64,000 nt of DNA from Takakia lepidozioides (GCA_030704615.1 CM060731.1:13144001-13208000); one strand, 5' to 3'; counted from the stretch's first letter, positions 26,100-38,819 are shown. Numbers and translations: made by a program. The notes: generated by a model not told the origin, from the letters alone.

Positions 26100-28330
26100 G
26101 ACAAATGAGTATGGAGTTTTGTTTTCATAAATGCCAGGGTACTAAAGGTACGTTCGTCCTACACTGATCCCAGTACTTGAACCATAGCGAGTTCAGCGAG
26201 TTTCATGTATTCATTGATGCGTTGATTAAGAAGACAGTCTGACCCACAACTTTGTGAGAGGGATCATATCAAAAGGCTCACCCATTGCTACAACCCAATT
26301 GTTTTTCATGGTCAACTTGAACAAAGAGCTCTATAAGTCCAAAACCTGTCCATCAAGAGGTGAATCTATTGGTGTCAATTTCCTGGACACACTATATACA
26401 CGTTTCAAGACAACCAAATGCAAAGGGAAAGTGGCTAGTATTGGGGATAAGCATTAACTCATTATTTCATTGTCAGGGAAGTGTCTCTCCAATTCGTTGA
26501 TCAAAAGATATGCTGCAGTTGAAGATGACTAATGCTTCACCTCCCCAACCAAGTAAGTGAGATCATTTCTCGTAAGATGATTCAATAGTCCAATGGTTGG
26601 TGAATGAGCATGTACCAGATAAGACTAGCCTAAGATCCGAAAAGCCAAGTGCTCATTGTCAGTGTTCAAATCAGTCATCCAGTCATGTGTGATGCATGTC
26701 GAGCTGTTGTCAACCACGTCAAAGAAGTCTTGGAAGGAATCGGAGTTGAAGGTATTATCGAAGTTGTTGTACATTGAGTATCAATCAGCTTGACAGATCT
26801 GGATAGCGGCAACAAAATCGCAAACAAAGGCATCTCGAGACTGTACGAACAATATCAAAATTTTGTTGACACACTCCAGTAAGGGAAAAATACATGGCAA
26901 CCCCAAGATGGCATCTACATCACATAGAGCAGTCAAGTTAGATTTAGCAGTTGCATAAGAAGAAGAGTCAGCGGCCATCTTCACGATCAACGTTTTGTAC
27001 TCGGCCTGAACTCTTTTCAAAAGTACTGCTAACATGCTAATCCACCTTGTCTTCACATTCCTCAGTATCTTCAGTCCTTCTGTTCCACAATATCAACCAG
27101 TTTTGAAAATTCAAGACAACGTTTGGGTGATGAAGAATAGTACCCATACAATACCTGAAGCAAGTCTTTGATAGCTGAAGCAATCTGGTAACAATGGACA
27201 GTTTGATAAAGCCTACACAGCTAAGTTTGTCCGATGTGCCATGCAATGTACATCGATAAGAAATGGAGTATGTTGCTCCTTCATTTGAATTGTGACACCA
27301 ATCCTTAGACCTTGGAAGGTTGACAATCATCAACACCTAGACACATTAGTCTCTCACCAATGTTCTGCTCTGAGAGCTCACCATCGTATATCAGACTCCC
27401 CCAAATGACTTCAGTTAGGTGATCTACACTTCCTCCCTCAACAATTTGTTCAAGGGTCAGTAAGACAGGGATATGCTTCCACCCTAAACCACATACACAT
27501 GGACTGACAACCAACTGTGGTTGTCAATAGTGTTATTTCATCAAGAGATATGGACAAAAACTTGGATCCCCTCACAACATCTTTGGTTGTCTGTAACACC
27601 ATTCTGTGCATACTGGCTGCCATCTCCCATACTGACGAGTCACTGCACTGCTTGACAGAGTTCCGAGGCACCTTAAAAAACTAATACAAACTTTGGGACC
27701 CTCCATAATCTGTCATGGGTCGACCATCATATAAAAGGTGAAATATTGTAACAAATTACGCAAGCTTCATCATTCCCTCTGCAACTAAACCATGCGCCAT
27801 TTAATCCAAGACAATTTCACAACGAGCAGATCGTTCGACATTCCGGACATGTGCATTGTTTTGCACAAAGTAAAAATTACCCAGTGTCACCCCATGTATT
27901 GCTACAAGGCTTGTCTTTCTTCTTCTAGTTGTATGTTTCCACAATGAGTCTAACTTAGGAACAAAAAGCTTATCTCTGCCCTCTATCTTGGTACACATTT
28001 TTGCACCGGACCTGATGGATTATCCCATCTTGACCTCAAACAGATTCAGCCCAAGGAAGTTTGCTCGCCCAAATGTCTTAAAATTTCCTATGAATCTCAC
28101 ACTCATGCTTCCATTTTTTTTTTTCCAGCAACGACAACCTCAAGACGATCGAGCAAGGTCACGTCAACCACCTTAGGCACGACATCGAAACAATTAACAG
28201 TAATAGATGTGCTAAAGGAAGCCACATCTAACCCACGGACCCTCATATCAAAGAAAGCTTTGAATCTAAAATTTGACGGTGGTATGAGCAAGAAATCCTC
28301 AGTAAAAATCACATAACCTCAGAATCCCAG
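26100..28330 (-). mobile_element. Degenerate hAT-like (ZNF862-type) transposase remnant
   Basis: Colinear fragments KLDSLWKH, FLSISLDEIT (catalytic D), a CT..AHRTNLA-like segment and KTRWISML; many stops; termini not identified. Confidence 0.7.
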
Positions 28331-29335
28331 TGCTCCTCAGAAACCACTGACTCTCCCTCTATATGACCCACAAACCTTGAACGAGATATTCACACAAATG
28401 CATGGTTACTTTATACATCGACAAAGAACCATGCAACCCTAACTGAAGAGGAGCGAAGAAAATTTGATTCGCCGAACTCCTACTTATTGCAGCGCACGGC
28501 AAGGCTGCGCCAACGCTGCTACATTCAACCATTATTCAAAATTCAGCGGCTATCCAAAGTGGTGCTTCTACGCCATAAATGCCATAAACCATCCCTCTTC
28601 TCCTGCTCCTACCAACCTAGTGTTATTATACACCCCATGTAGTGCAAGATGGAAACAACCACTCCAACCATCGAGCAGCTGGCAATAATGCATGCAAGCT
28701 GCCTATGAGTCTGGCTTCCCCTTCCCCCATCCAACGGGGAAGAAGGCGCATCTCATGCAGCCATTATGATGGATTTGGCAAAATGGCCTCTAATGGACAG
28801 GGCCCACGCAAACTTGGGGGGGTTATTCAGCTCAGCTCTTCTATTAATTTAATATAGCTATGGTTCATGTTTGCGTCTTTTTTTGGAGCCTTGCCTATGC
28901 AGAGCCCATTAAAGTAGGGACTAACTTGGTAAGTAAGTAGTAAGAGGCAGGGGATGAGAGCGCTCTTCTCCTTTATAGAACTGATGATGGTGTAGCTCTA
29001 AAGCCCCACGGATGAGAAACACATGAAGCAGTAGAAGACAAATCGCTTTTGAATATCTGGGGGTGGGTAACTTGATGGATGCATTAGTGATTTTGAGCAT
29101 AGAACTGATGATGGAGGTCAACAATTTCTAAAGTAAATTTCTTAACGATTATGTTTTTCTCTGTGAATTTGTGTAATGTTCATCTATTTGGTGAATGACG
29201 TTACGTTATACAGATATGACGAAAGATTATCCAAGAATTACAAGGTTACTCTGAAGAGGTTTACCCCCATTGCTTTGACAAGCGGAGAGTGATTAAGCAG
29301 TAAACACAATAGCACTTGAAGAATAGTTTGCAATA

Positions 29336-29653
29336 GGAGAGGTTGGGATTGCTACAAAACAAGTGTGCGTTAACGCACAGTTAATTTCCAGCCCCAGTCA
29401 AAATCAGATTTATTATTTTTTGGGATCCGACGTGGGCTAATGATTAAAAATGATTTTTTTTTTTCCTCTTTTTTGGTTTTGATGGGGGCTGGAAAACAAG
29501 TGTGCATCAATGCACACTTGTTTTAACAGCCAAAACACACACACACACACCCCAAAATGAAAAAAATAAAATTAAAAATGTTTTTTTTTTTTTGGGTTGG
29601 AAGACAAGTGTGCGTCAATGCACATTTGTTTTACAGCAACCCCATACCTCTCG
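29336..29653. mobile_element. MITE with ~45-bp imperfect TIRs and TA flanks (Tc1/mariner-like)
   Basis: Left GGAGAGGTTGGGATTGCTACAAAACAAGTGTGCG; right reverse complement CGAGAGGTATGGGGTTGCTGTAAAACAAATGTGCA; TA at 29334-35 and 29654-55; three internal palindromes. Confidence 0.65.
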
Positions 29654-29777
29654 TATTGTCTCAGGTACCTATTATACTGAGAGCTCTCTTTCATGTTGCA
29701 ATATAATAAATGATATGAGAGGCTTGGGGTTAGGGTTGCTAAGGATCAGAGAGGGTTAGGGTTGCTGTCATTTCATA

Positions 29778-30205
29778 GATGTTTCTCCACCACGATAATG
29801 ATAGGTATAAACAATCATCATCTCCGGATCTGTTATGGAGGATAAGACATACGACATCATGGTGACAAATCTCTTAATTATTCTCCAATTTGTTCTGTGG
29901 CAATGGATGAGTCATGTCCACGAGAATAGACACCCTTACTAGTTGATGTTGTGGCGTGGGCCATAAATTCAGCCACGTAGACGAAAGGACAAAAGACATA
30001 CGACATCATGGTGATAAATCTCTTAATTATTCTCCAATTTGTTCTGCGACAATAAAGGAGTCATGTCCACGAGAATAGACACCCTTACTAGTTGATGATG
30101 TGGGGTGGGCCATGAGTTCAGCCACATAGACAATCGTGAGCCTAGGCTCACGCCACATCATCAAAGCGTGGGTGTAGACTCACAGGCTCACGGCCTAGCG
30201 TCGTT
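29778..30205 (+). mobile_element. Deleted, inverted relative of the 31311-45479 transposon, with a 149-bp tandem duplication
   Basis: Translates TIIISGSVMEDKTYDIMVTNL versus transposase TIITSTSVVHDRTYDIMVSNF; unit repeats at 29844 and 29993; palindrome CGTGAGCCTAGGCTCACG at 30135-30152; GCTCACG..GCGTCGTTG resembles the reverse complement of the left end. Confidence 0.65.
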
Positions 30206-30209
30206 GATC

Positions 30210-30330
30210 TTTTACTGTCACCCATAACAAATGCAAAGGTCAACAATGTGGTTCAAAAATGGTGTCAATATTGGTACAAATATCATTCGAGGCTGGTTGA
30301 AACATATGGCAGCTAGAGTAGCAATTGTTG
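30210..30330 (+). pseudogene. Possible Crypton/DUF3504 tyrosine-recombinase fragment
   Basis: FYCHP*QMQRSTMWFKNGVNIGTNIIRGWLKHMAARVAI resembles the FY..P...W[YF]....GxN.l...mk.m pattern; only ~40 codons. Confidence 0.35.
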
Positions 30331-30389
30331 AAGTCCTAGCATCCTTTCTCGTCTGAAATGAGCACAAGTGACTGCTCCATCCATCTTTA

Positions 30390-30869
30390 CTAGGGTAGCC
30401 TATGCCGTTGGCCCAAGTGTCCAGTGTCATCTAAGTCGAAGTGCAATCCCCTATGTGTCCAAGTGCATCTCCTATGTTGAGGCCTATGTGTGAAGAATTG
30501 AAATCGATATACTAAAATAAAGTTGGATGTTTGTTTAGTTACAAAGAATGTGCGGTACCTATATGAATGAACTCATGTTTAAAGAACATGAACAAAATGA
30601 GCAACAATGTAATGTGATTCAAAGATTGGAATTTGGTGAAAGCCCACTTTGCTATTTTTCACGAATTTCTAGCGACCAAAAGTACTTGAAATCCCATATC
30701 TCCCACACCGTAGGTCCAAAAATTATGAGATCAAGTCGGTGCACCCTCCTCATCGAGGGCTGTCCAACAGTACCAAGCACCAGGGCTGGGCCCGTGGGTT
30801 GGGAGATCTCAACGCTACAAAACAAAACAAAACAAAAAAACAAACAAACTATCTTGCTTCATGTATGGA
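30390..30869 (-). mobile_element. Non-autonomous Helitron, 480 bp
   Basis: Minus strand reads A|TCCATACATG ... TTGGGCCAACGGCATAGGCTACCCTAG|T: TC start, subterminal hairpin, CTAG end, AT target, no TSD. Confidence 0.85.
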
Positions 30870-32028
30870 TGTGTCGCCACAATACTACTACCTACATTGC
30901 AATGCGGATGTATTTTGCCAGAATATTCCTATCCAACTTTGCCGAGTAATGTCTCAAAGTAATGTCGCTTCACATTCCCAAAAAACATTCTCGCCGGAGA
31001 AACGTGGAAGATCGAGAAACGACGGATCCCCCACAGTGTCGCCTCGCAGGGCCTTGTTGTGAGACCGAATGGAGAGAATGCTTTCTAGCTATCTGGGTAA
31101 TCATGTGTTTATGAGAAAAAGAGATGGAAGTGGAAATCCCCTGGACTTAACGGATAACTTTATTTTGAGACTCTTGGAATTCTCCGAGGGCCCATCAATG
31201 AAAGGTGAGACTCTCAAGACTGGATGCCGAGGACAACTAGATATCATATTTTCAGCATTGCTCCTTTATTGTAAGCTGCAGAACATCAATTTGGAGTGGA
31301 CGTTCGGATTCTCCACTAGTACTCTCTCTCGCGACTTGTCTAGCGATCAAGGAGCATCGCTGCTCACATCCAGTCCCAACGACGCAATGGCGTGAGCGTT
31401 GCGCGTGAGCGCGCGAGCGTACGCTCACACAGGAGTGACGTGGCGTGAGCGTACGCTCACGCCAGCTGACGTGGCGTGAGCCTGCAAACACGCTGACGTG
31501 GCGTGAGCGTCATGTCAGCATGCTGATGTGGCGGTAAATGATGACATGACACTGTCCGTCATCTGCCACGTCAGCATTAACATGCGCCGCCTATAACCGT
31601 GGATGGTCCTATGATCGTGGAATTAATGCAGGGAATCTTGCCTAAATAGAATCAAGACGAGCGTTGAGGCCTACAATTGCAGCATCCAACATTGTGCAAT
31701 TACAAATGCTTGTTTCACTTTTACAATTACGAGGACGACAAAATATCCTCACAAAAGTGTGCGCCATAAAGGCTGCCACGGGAAGACCTTCCTCCCTCCT
31801 CAAATAACAATGAGAGTTAGGATCATCTTCAAAAGATGATTGTAGTGCATAGCGACAGCAAGACATGTAGACTTCGAATGGTGCAATGACAAATGTGCAC
31901 TACCTAAAAGTTGTCACTCAGAGCTCACTCCGTATAGTTGGAGGCCATATCATTGCACAGCCGACGAATTGATGTGAATTACACATTTCAAATCATGGTC
32001 ATCCACATACCACATTACATAGTTCATG

Positions 32029-35000
32029 CTACCCATGTGTTGTATCCCGCTGCAAAAAAGTATCGACCTCATTGAAACTCATAGTGGCCTGGTGAATGAA
32101 GTTGTCACGTTTGGGATCGCAAACCATCCTCCTCAAAAATATGAAATACAAATGTTTGCAGGGTATGAATTTACCTCTCTTGCCCAAACTGGTTGATAGC
32201 ATATTCACAAAATCAGGACATGTGCAATTGGGGAAATTGGAAACCATGATGTCGTAGGTCCTGTCATGAACAACAGATGTGGAAGTGATGATTGTGAATA
32301 CCCGACCATATCCTGGATCGGGTACTTCCGTGGTGCTTCCAACACGAGCTTGGAGCATTCTTGCGGACTCCACTTTGCCAAAGTGTTCAGCGGTTGGAGG
32401 GAAACGCCGAACGAGCTTTCCATCTCGTTTGGTTGGCCACAAGTCAGGATTTGCCGGGGGGACCCGGGAGGACGTAGAAGTAGTAGCACATGCATGGAGT
32501 TGGGGTTGTCTCGCAAGGGAAAAACCTGTTCCGGACATGGAGCTGTCATGCAGGGGAACACGAGGCTTCAAGAAGTTATCACGGTCTGCCCTGTGGGAAT
32601 CTGAATCCAAACCAGGTGGAGTGTTCAATTTCCTCTTACAGGAGCCGAATCTCTCCTCCCCTTCAAGATGTGGAACTCTAGAAACAAGTGGCATTCCCTG
32701 GGCATACATGCTCACCGCCCGTGCTATCTTGATTGGATCCCCAGATCTGTTTGCAGCACGCAACATCAACTCCCATTTGTCCGGACCCTTGCCACCAACC
32801 CCACCTCGTAAGAAATCACGGTATCGGGTTTGTTGTTGCAAGGCACGTATCAAATCATCTGTTGTTGCCACATACAAATCCCGACCTCGTTTCCCAGACT
32901 GCTGCAACCATGCGTTGTGCACAGTTTCTGCCAAATTGCAAGATGGCATGTCCGCCATTTCCTCAATGGACATGTTCTGCAAAGAGGATAACCACACTTC
33001 AGAACAGTGCACAGGAAACAACATAAAGAAAGCAATGAGTCAAAAATATGGAAAGCAAATGTATGAATAAAGCATGAAATAGAAGCCTCGTACCATTGTC
33101 ATGGCTGCTCCCCACTGTCTATACTGGAAGTGCCAAAACGCCAGCCAATCTTCCAATGCTCTCATACTCTCAAGTGATGCAGCTCCAGAAGAGAACCACC
33201 AAGCACGAATTGTCTGGAACAAAGTGTCCGCCTCCTTCATTGTTCTAGCATCTTTGTACTCTTTGCACAATTTACGGTGCTGAGTCTGCATCTCTGGTTT
33301 GATGTCCGACTTTGTATGTTTTTCCAGAGATTGTGTCCAATGGAATAGACATGTACGCTCTCTTCCTGGCCTAGGCACTTTTGGGTCGCCCGATCCGAAG
33401 ACAATACGAACAGCATTGAAATTTGCTTGAGCACTATCCGCCATGAAACCTACGAAATTTGGAGATGGCAGCCCATGGCAGCCCATGACACATATCAGGG
33501 AATTCCACATGAGCTTCTGGGATTCCGTATCCTCGGATTGCATGTCACAAACTGCAATTGTCATAACTCGTTGGTACACTGGATCGTAGACATGACAAGC
33601 CATTGTCGTCCAATCCTTCACTCGTTTCACATGATCAAACATAAGAAAACAGTTCTGCAAGTCCCCAGTCTTCTGCATCCGCTTCACGAGGCTAACCCCA
33701 CTGCCCTCCCCAACAGTCGACATTTTGAAAAGATAAACTTTGATGGCACCTTGACCTGGGAATACATTGTCCTGGATGTAATCGTACTTGCTCACTCGTT
33801 TCAATTCCAAAATATTGTCTATGTAGCCTCTGATCCCAGAGCCCATTCTCAATGCATTGATCTGATGCCGAATGTTAGGTGAACTTAAAGTGGAGAAATG
33901 ATCCATGACCAGGTCCAATGCTGCACCGTCAAGTTTAGTCCCCACAAAATCCCCTTCACTCAAAATATAGCTTTCCAAGAAGGACTTGCTTGCGCCAAGA
34001 GCAATTGCAGATGTTGTTGCGGATGGGTTTCTCCCGAACTCATGTTTGATCAACCTCGATACTGTCTCAACACTCTCCCTGTAATCCCCCTTCGAGACAG
34101 GATGGTTATGGAATCCGAAATGCACACAAGCTCTCGTCATTGTTTTCAAACGGTGGACAACATAGTACATTCTTGCTCCGCAAAGCGCCAAGCAGGATGG
34201 CACAAGTTTGCAGAATTTGCAGACGAAAGTGTTTGCCGGTGGAGGGGCAGTCCCAGGCTGAAATGGATTTTCCGCCAGACCCTCCCATTCGCTTTGATTA
34301 TGAACCCCAGACTGAAGAAAGTGTCTACAATTCAAATTATCACACCTAAGGTGTCCATTGCAAACTGTCCTCCTGAAAACAAGCTTGTCATCATTCTGAA
34401 TATTGGATGTTTTTGTTCTGCACCACGGGTGCCCGTCGTGTTTCTTGTCCATTCCATGCATCATGATTGTTACACCTCCAACTCGCGGAGGAGGAGGCAG
34501 CTCGAATAGGATATCGCCATCAAAAGTCTCCGGCAAGAACTTCACAGGCACCTGCTTCAAAGATTCCCAATCAATTCCCCGCAACTCACTTTTGAATCCA
34601 GCCATTCTTCCCATCGCCCGCAATTTTGGAATGACACTACAAATCTCTTCTTCATCAGCTTCTCCAACCACAGTAGGAAGGACTGGATTTGGAATTTCAC
34701 TTATGTCATCATCGGAAGAATCCGAAAGCTCAACGATTGGAGTGGAGGACGTCTGTTCTTTTTTCACCACCACCTCCCTCTTGTCTTCAACGACCGAAGC
34801 AGCAGTCCCGGGCGTCACATATGACCCAAGGGACTTTCGCCGAGGCTCTCCAAGTACTCTGTATCGACCAGGACGCACTCTCCACTGGCTGATATGAGCC
34901 GTCTCATCACGGTTTTGGAAAGAGTATTTCAACAACTTCCCTTTAAGATCGTACACCTCTTTCTCTAAAAAGATGGAGCCATTCTGCAGCTGAAAACGGG

Positions 35001-35106
35001 TAGCCAAGACATGTTCCAGAACAATTGCAAATCCATTGTCAAGGACTTCCTGGGAGAACGGCACTGGTTTGTCGTCAGAGAAGAACTCCGCTTCAGAGGA
35101 AGCCAT
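32029..35106 (-). CDS. Mutator-type DDE transposase with GCM-like Zn domain and C-terminal SWIM finger, ~986 aa; complement(join(32029..32976,33094..35106))
   Basis: CNGHLRCDNLNC..CKFC..C..C..HFGFHNHP (GCM/WRKY-like); LMFDH, FMADSAQA, CLFH, NLAETVHN (D,D,CxxH,E); CTCPDF..CKH (SWIM); GT-AG intron 33093-32977 joins in frame with no stops. Start codon uncertain. Confidence 0.88.
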
Positions 35107-36331
35107 CTTCCTTCCTCGCGTACGTTTGTACCTTGCTATCGCAGATCTAGTGTAAATCGGTTTACTGATGTCTCCAGAACACAGTTGAAGAATGAGCAGA
35201 GAATATGGCGGAGGAAGCTCAGACAACGACTGTGCATATTATGTTATTCTTTCCAGATATGCAGCCGTCCATTTTAATTACTTTTCTTGTGGGCCCAGTG
35301 GTCAGAGTATCCCTAGGAGCAGTGTCGGCAGCTGTTAAACCGTTAACCAGAACCTCATCAATAAACCCAAAAACAAAGCCGACTTCCTGGAAGCATGCCA
35401 CAGGATCTGAGAATGGGATTGCAGATTAAGTAAATGTATCTTTATACTACTACCAATGATCATGCGCACCTGGAAAGTTCCAAATGTGAAACGAATGTGG
35501 GGTTTGGCTAACAAAGATGACCGTGTATGATATTCCAAGATTTGTCATCAAACTCTCGTTCATTTACATTTATTTGTGTAAGACTGTGCGCCAAGATTTC
35601 TGGGATTCGCTGTTATTTTTAAATATTGAAACCGTTCTAAATAAAGAACACGCCGTTTTTTTTGGGCGACACACGTCAGACATCCATAACTGAATACGAA
35701 CAGCTGTACACCAATTGCTGGCATGTGCACTAATAAGGGAACGACTATGTGTAACGGTCACGCGAGAGGGAATCCGATGCTTCTAGAGACACGCAAGAAC
35801 GCAGGCAATCCCGCAAGAAATCGGGAGTCACTGCGTTTTTCTACTTTTCGCGCTTAGAGGGAGAGTGGTAGTCAAGCTGGAGAGGGTTCCTTCTACAATA
35901 CGAAAGAGAAGAAAGTCTCTTTATTTTACTTCCCTTAGAGAGAGACGCAGAGCAAGAGAGCAAATGACGAGGCGTCGTTTGTTGGAGAACACAGGGCCAA
36001 GGCAGCAGGTGAACGCGGAGACTGATTCAGAAGAGCAGACGGAGACTGAGGCAGCGGCTGTGACACAGTCGGCGATAAGAGTGCGCCAGCCTGTGGAGGC
36101 AGAGATGATTCGCAGGGACACTGAAGGAGGTGGAAGCACGCGGAACGCGGAACCGGGAGAAGGTCCAGAAATCCTAGAGCAGACAGAAATTCCAGCAGAT
36201 GTGAGAGGGAAGAGGAAAGCTGCAGAAGGGGATCAAATTTCAAAACCTAAGAAGGCGCCAGTAAGTTTTATCTAACTTACATTTCATTGTTGAAGATATG
36301 CGTAGAGATTGAGTGGAATGTCCCAGACAGG

Positions 36332-36955
36332 GATTGTCGCTACCGACCATCACAAAGGTGATTTGATTTCTACTCCTCTGCGAAGGGTTTACCGCACAAT
36401 GAGTGGGTGACTATCGGTACAGTCATTCACTGTTGTTCAGATCATACAGTCTGTCTGATTGCCTTTCGAGGAGTCTTTCATCTTCCCTTCTTTAGCAGGA
36501 ACTACTGAATTGCGAGCGTCGTTAACGCCATTCGGTTCTCCTCATGAGATTTATGTACCTATGTGTTTGAAGAGAGAGTGAGGGTCGGCATACCGTCAAT
36601 CATCGTTGTTCAGACCATACAGTCTGTCTGATTGCCTTTTGAGCAGTCCTTCCTCTTCCCATGCTGGCGACGGTAATCACAGTGGAGTCAATCTGAATAA
36701 TCTGCACTTACTGTCCGACCTAAACTATATTGAATGTCGTTGCCGCCAATCACTTGCACATAGATGTCATTACACAACACCGATCCGGCAGGTCGTTATC
36801 TTTTGTGATTGTCGTTAACGCCGTTCGCTATCGCTCTCGTTTTTGTTTTGAATACGGCAGTATCAGCTTTGCTTGTGTAGATTGTGCTGAATTGTTTCAC
36901 ACCATTCACAGTGAGTTTCTTTGAGACAGAGTGATGGTCGTTACCGCCATTCACT
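36332..36955. repeat. Degenerate palindrome array in intron 1 of the cargo gene
   Basis: About 7 variants of GTGAWKGTCG-TT-RMCGMCATTCAC at 36332, 36407, 36512, 36578, 36731, 36805 and 36930; ~55-bp direct repeat at ~36430 and ~36605. Confidence 0.6.
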
Positions 36956-38819
36956 ATTTGCAAATTACTCAGTCAGAACTGAATGGCATCGTGCAGAAAA
37001 CTGTGAGGTCGAAGCCTACAGGATCAGAGGGGAAAGGATCTGGAGATGGGGACGAGTCCGCAAAAAGCTCAGAGAATACAGATGAAGCAGATGAATCTGA
37101 AGTGCACTACCTTGACAAGGTGAAAGAACTCATGTCATTCCAGAAGGTAAACTCTCAGGAGGTTATAAGGGACATGCTCGTATCTGGAGGGCGTCTGGAC
37201 ATCCCTCTGTGGGATGATATCAATGCCTGTTGTGCGTCCACCTCTTTTCCATGACATAACAAAATTGGAGAGTGATTTTGTGCATGGATATAGACTTGGT
37301 GCACAAGTTTTTTTATGTGTCACTGACGGATATAAATGGGAAAAGCACATTAGTGTCTCCAGAGATCAGTGATAACTGGGATGAGTGCTGGAAAGATGCC
37401 AATGAGGAGTTCGAGCTGGGCCTCATGATGGGAAAGAACACCCAGCAATTCTGCAACCACATGTTCTACGTCTGGGACATGATGGCAACCACGATTCTGG
37501 CATGATGGGATACATTCAGAAACACCATGCGAAAGACCAAGACAAGCATGTTGCTGTGGATGCAATGGTTTTGGATCTGGAAACGACATGCTAGGCTTCT
37601 TACAGCTATGCACGACGTGAACAAGTAAGTCATCCAGGAGATTTCATTCCCTCTGTAGTGTCTTATTAATCCTCAAAAAACAGTGTTAAGGAATGCAATG
37701 TTTCCAATGTTTTTGCAGATCGACAGAAAAATCGCATGTGACAACAAGCTTGGTTCACACACTATTCCGAATTCAAAGGATCGGTCTGATGAAGCTGGAT
37801 GATTTCGGACAGTACTACCACCCAATATCATCAAGAAGTGCGAAACAGGAAGAGCTGCAGGCACTTGGTATTCTTTGACACGAGAGGCGTTTCTGGAGTA
37901 CATGTATGCGGTAAGCCCGAATCTATACTCTGTTTACTTTTCGAATATATGTTTGTAGTCCCATCGGAGCTAATCACTACTTGAATCAATGCAGCAAGAA
38001 CTGGCAGAGGCAGCTGAGAAGGGAAAATCCGAATATTACCGCACTACACCAGAAGAACTAGGACATCAAAGGTGTGGAAGCTGCAATAAGAAGGTTTGAA
38101 ATGCAAAGAACCAAATTGATGTCCGCCTTCGGAAAGCAGCTTAGAATAGTAGATCCTGGACTTGGTCCTGAGTTCCTTCAGCAGATCAAAACACACTATG
38201 ACAAGCATGTGGCATCCGGAGATGCAGCAGGAGAAATTGCACCGGCTGGCCATATCGATGGTCGACCCACAAACAAAAATAAGGTGGCTGGAGATATGGA
38301 ACTCAGATCAAACAGTAAAGGACTTGAATCAGTTCCCAAAGAGCACCATACAACCTGGCACAAAGGTGGAAGGAATAAATGATTTGGTGTTTGATAACTG
38401 GCTCCACAAGGCTACATTTTGGAGTCAAGTGTGTATTCAAACATGCTGTTTTCTTCTCTTCAAGTATGTGATGAGTATCTTTATTTGCAATTCTGACAAA
38501 TATACTATTTGCAGCTCGAAAAGCGCGCCGTCATTGTGCTGGATCAGACTTTGAAAGACCTGAACATTTCAATTGTTTCCCCTCCCCAAATGTCATTGGA
38601 GGCATACATAAGGAAGTGGAGAGGTCTCACCTGGAGATACTGTTTTTTCCAGGAGTTCTCCAAAGATGGTAACATTTTACGGTCCAACGACTTTGACAGT
38701 CAGTTGGAGGAGAGTGGGCCATGATGCGAGTTGTGACAGGTGTAATGTCATACTTGAAACTCTACTGTTTTTTTGGGAAAAAATGTGGCTTCATAAGGAT
38801 TGCAATCATAGATCCAGAT

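Noticed and set aside
30870-31310. Helitron Rep fragment (CRFTFP)
   Set aside because: A single short motif without the expected downstream Rep motifs.
32279-34897. Plus-strand ORFs of 150-260 aa overlapping the transposase
   Set aside because: Antisense shadows of a long coding frame with no domain signal.
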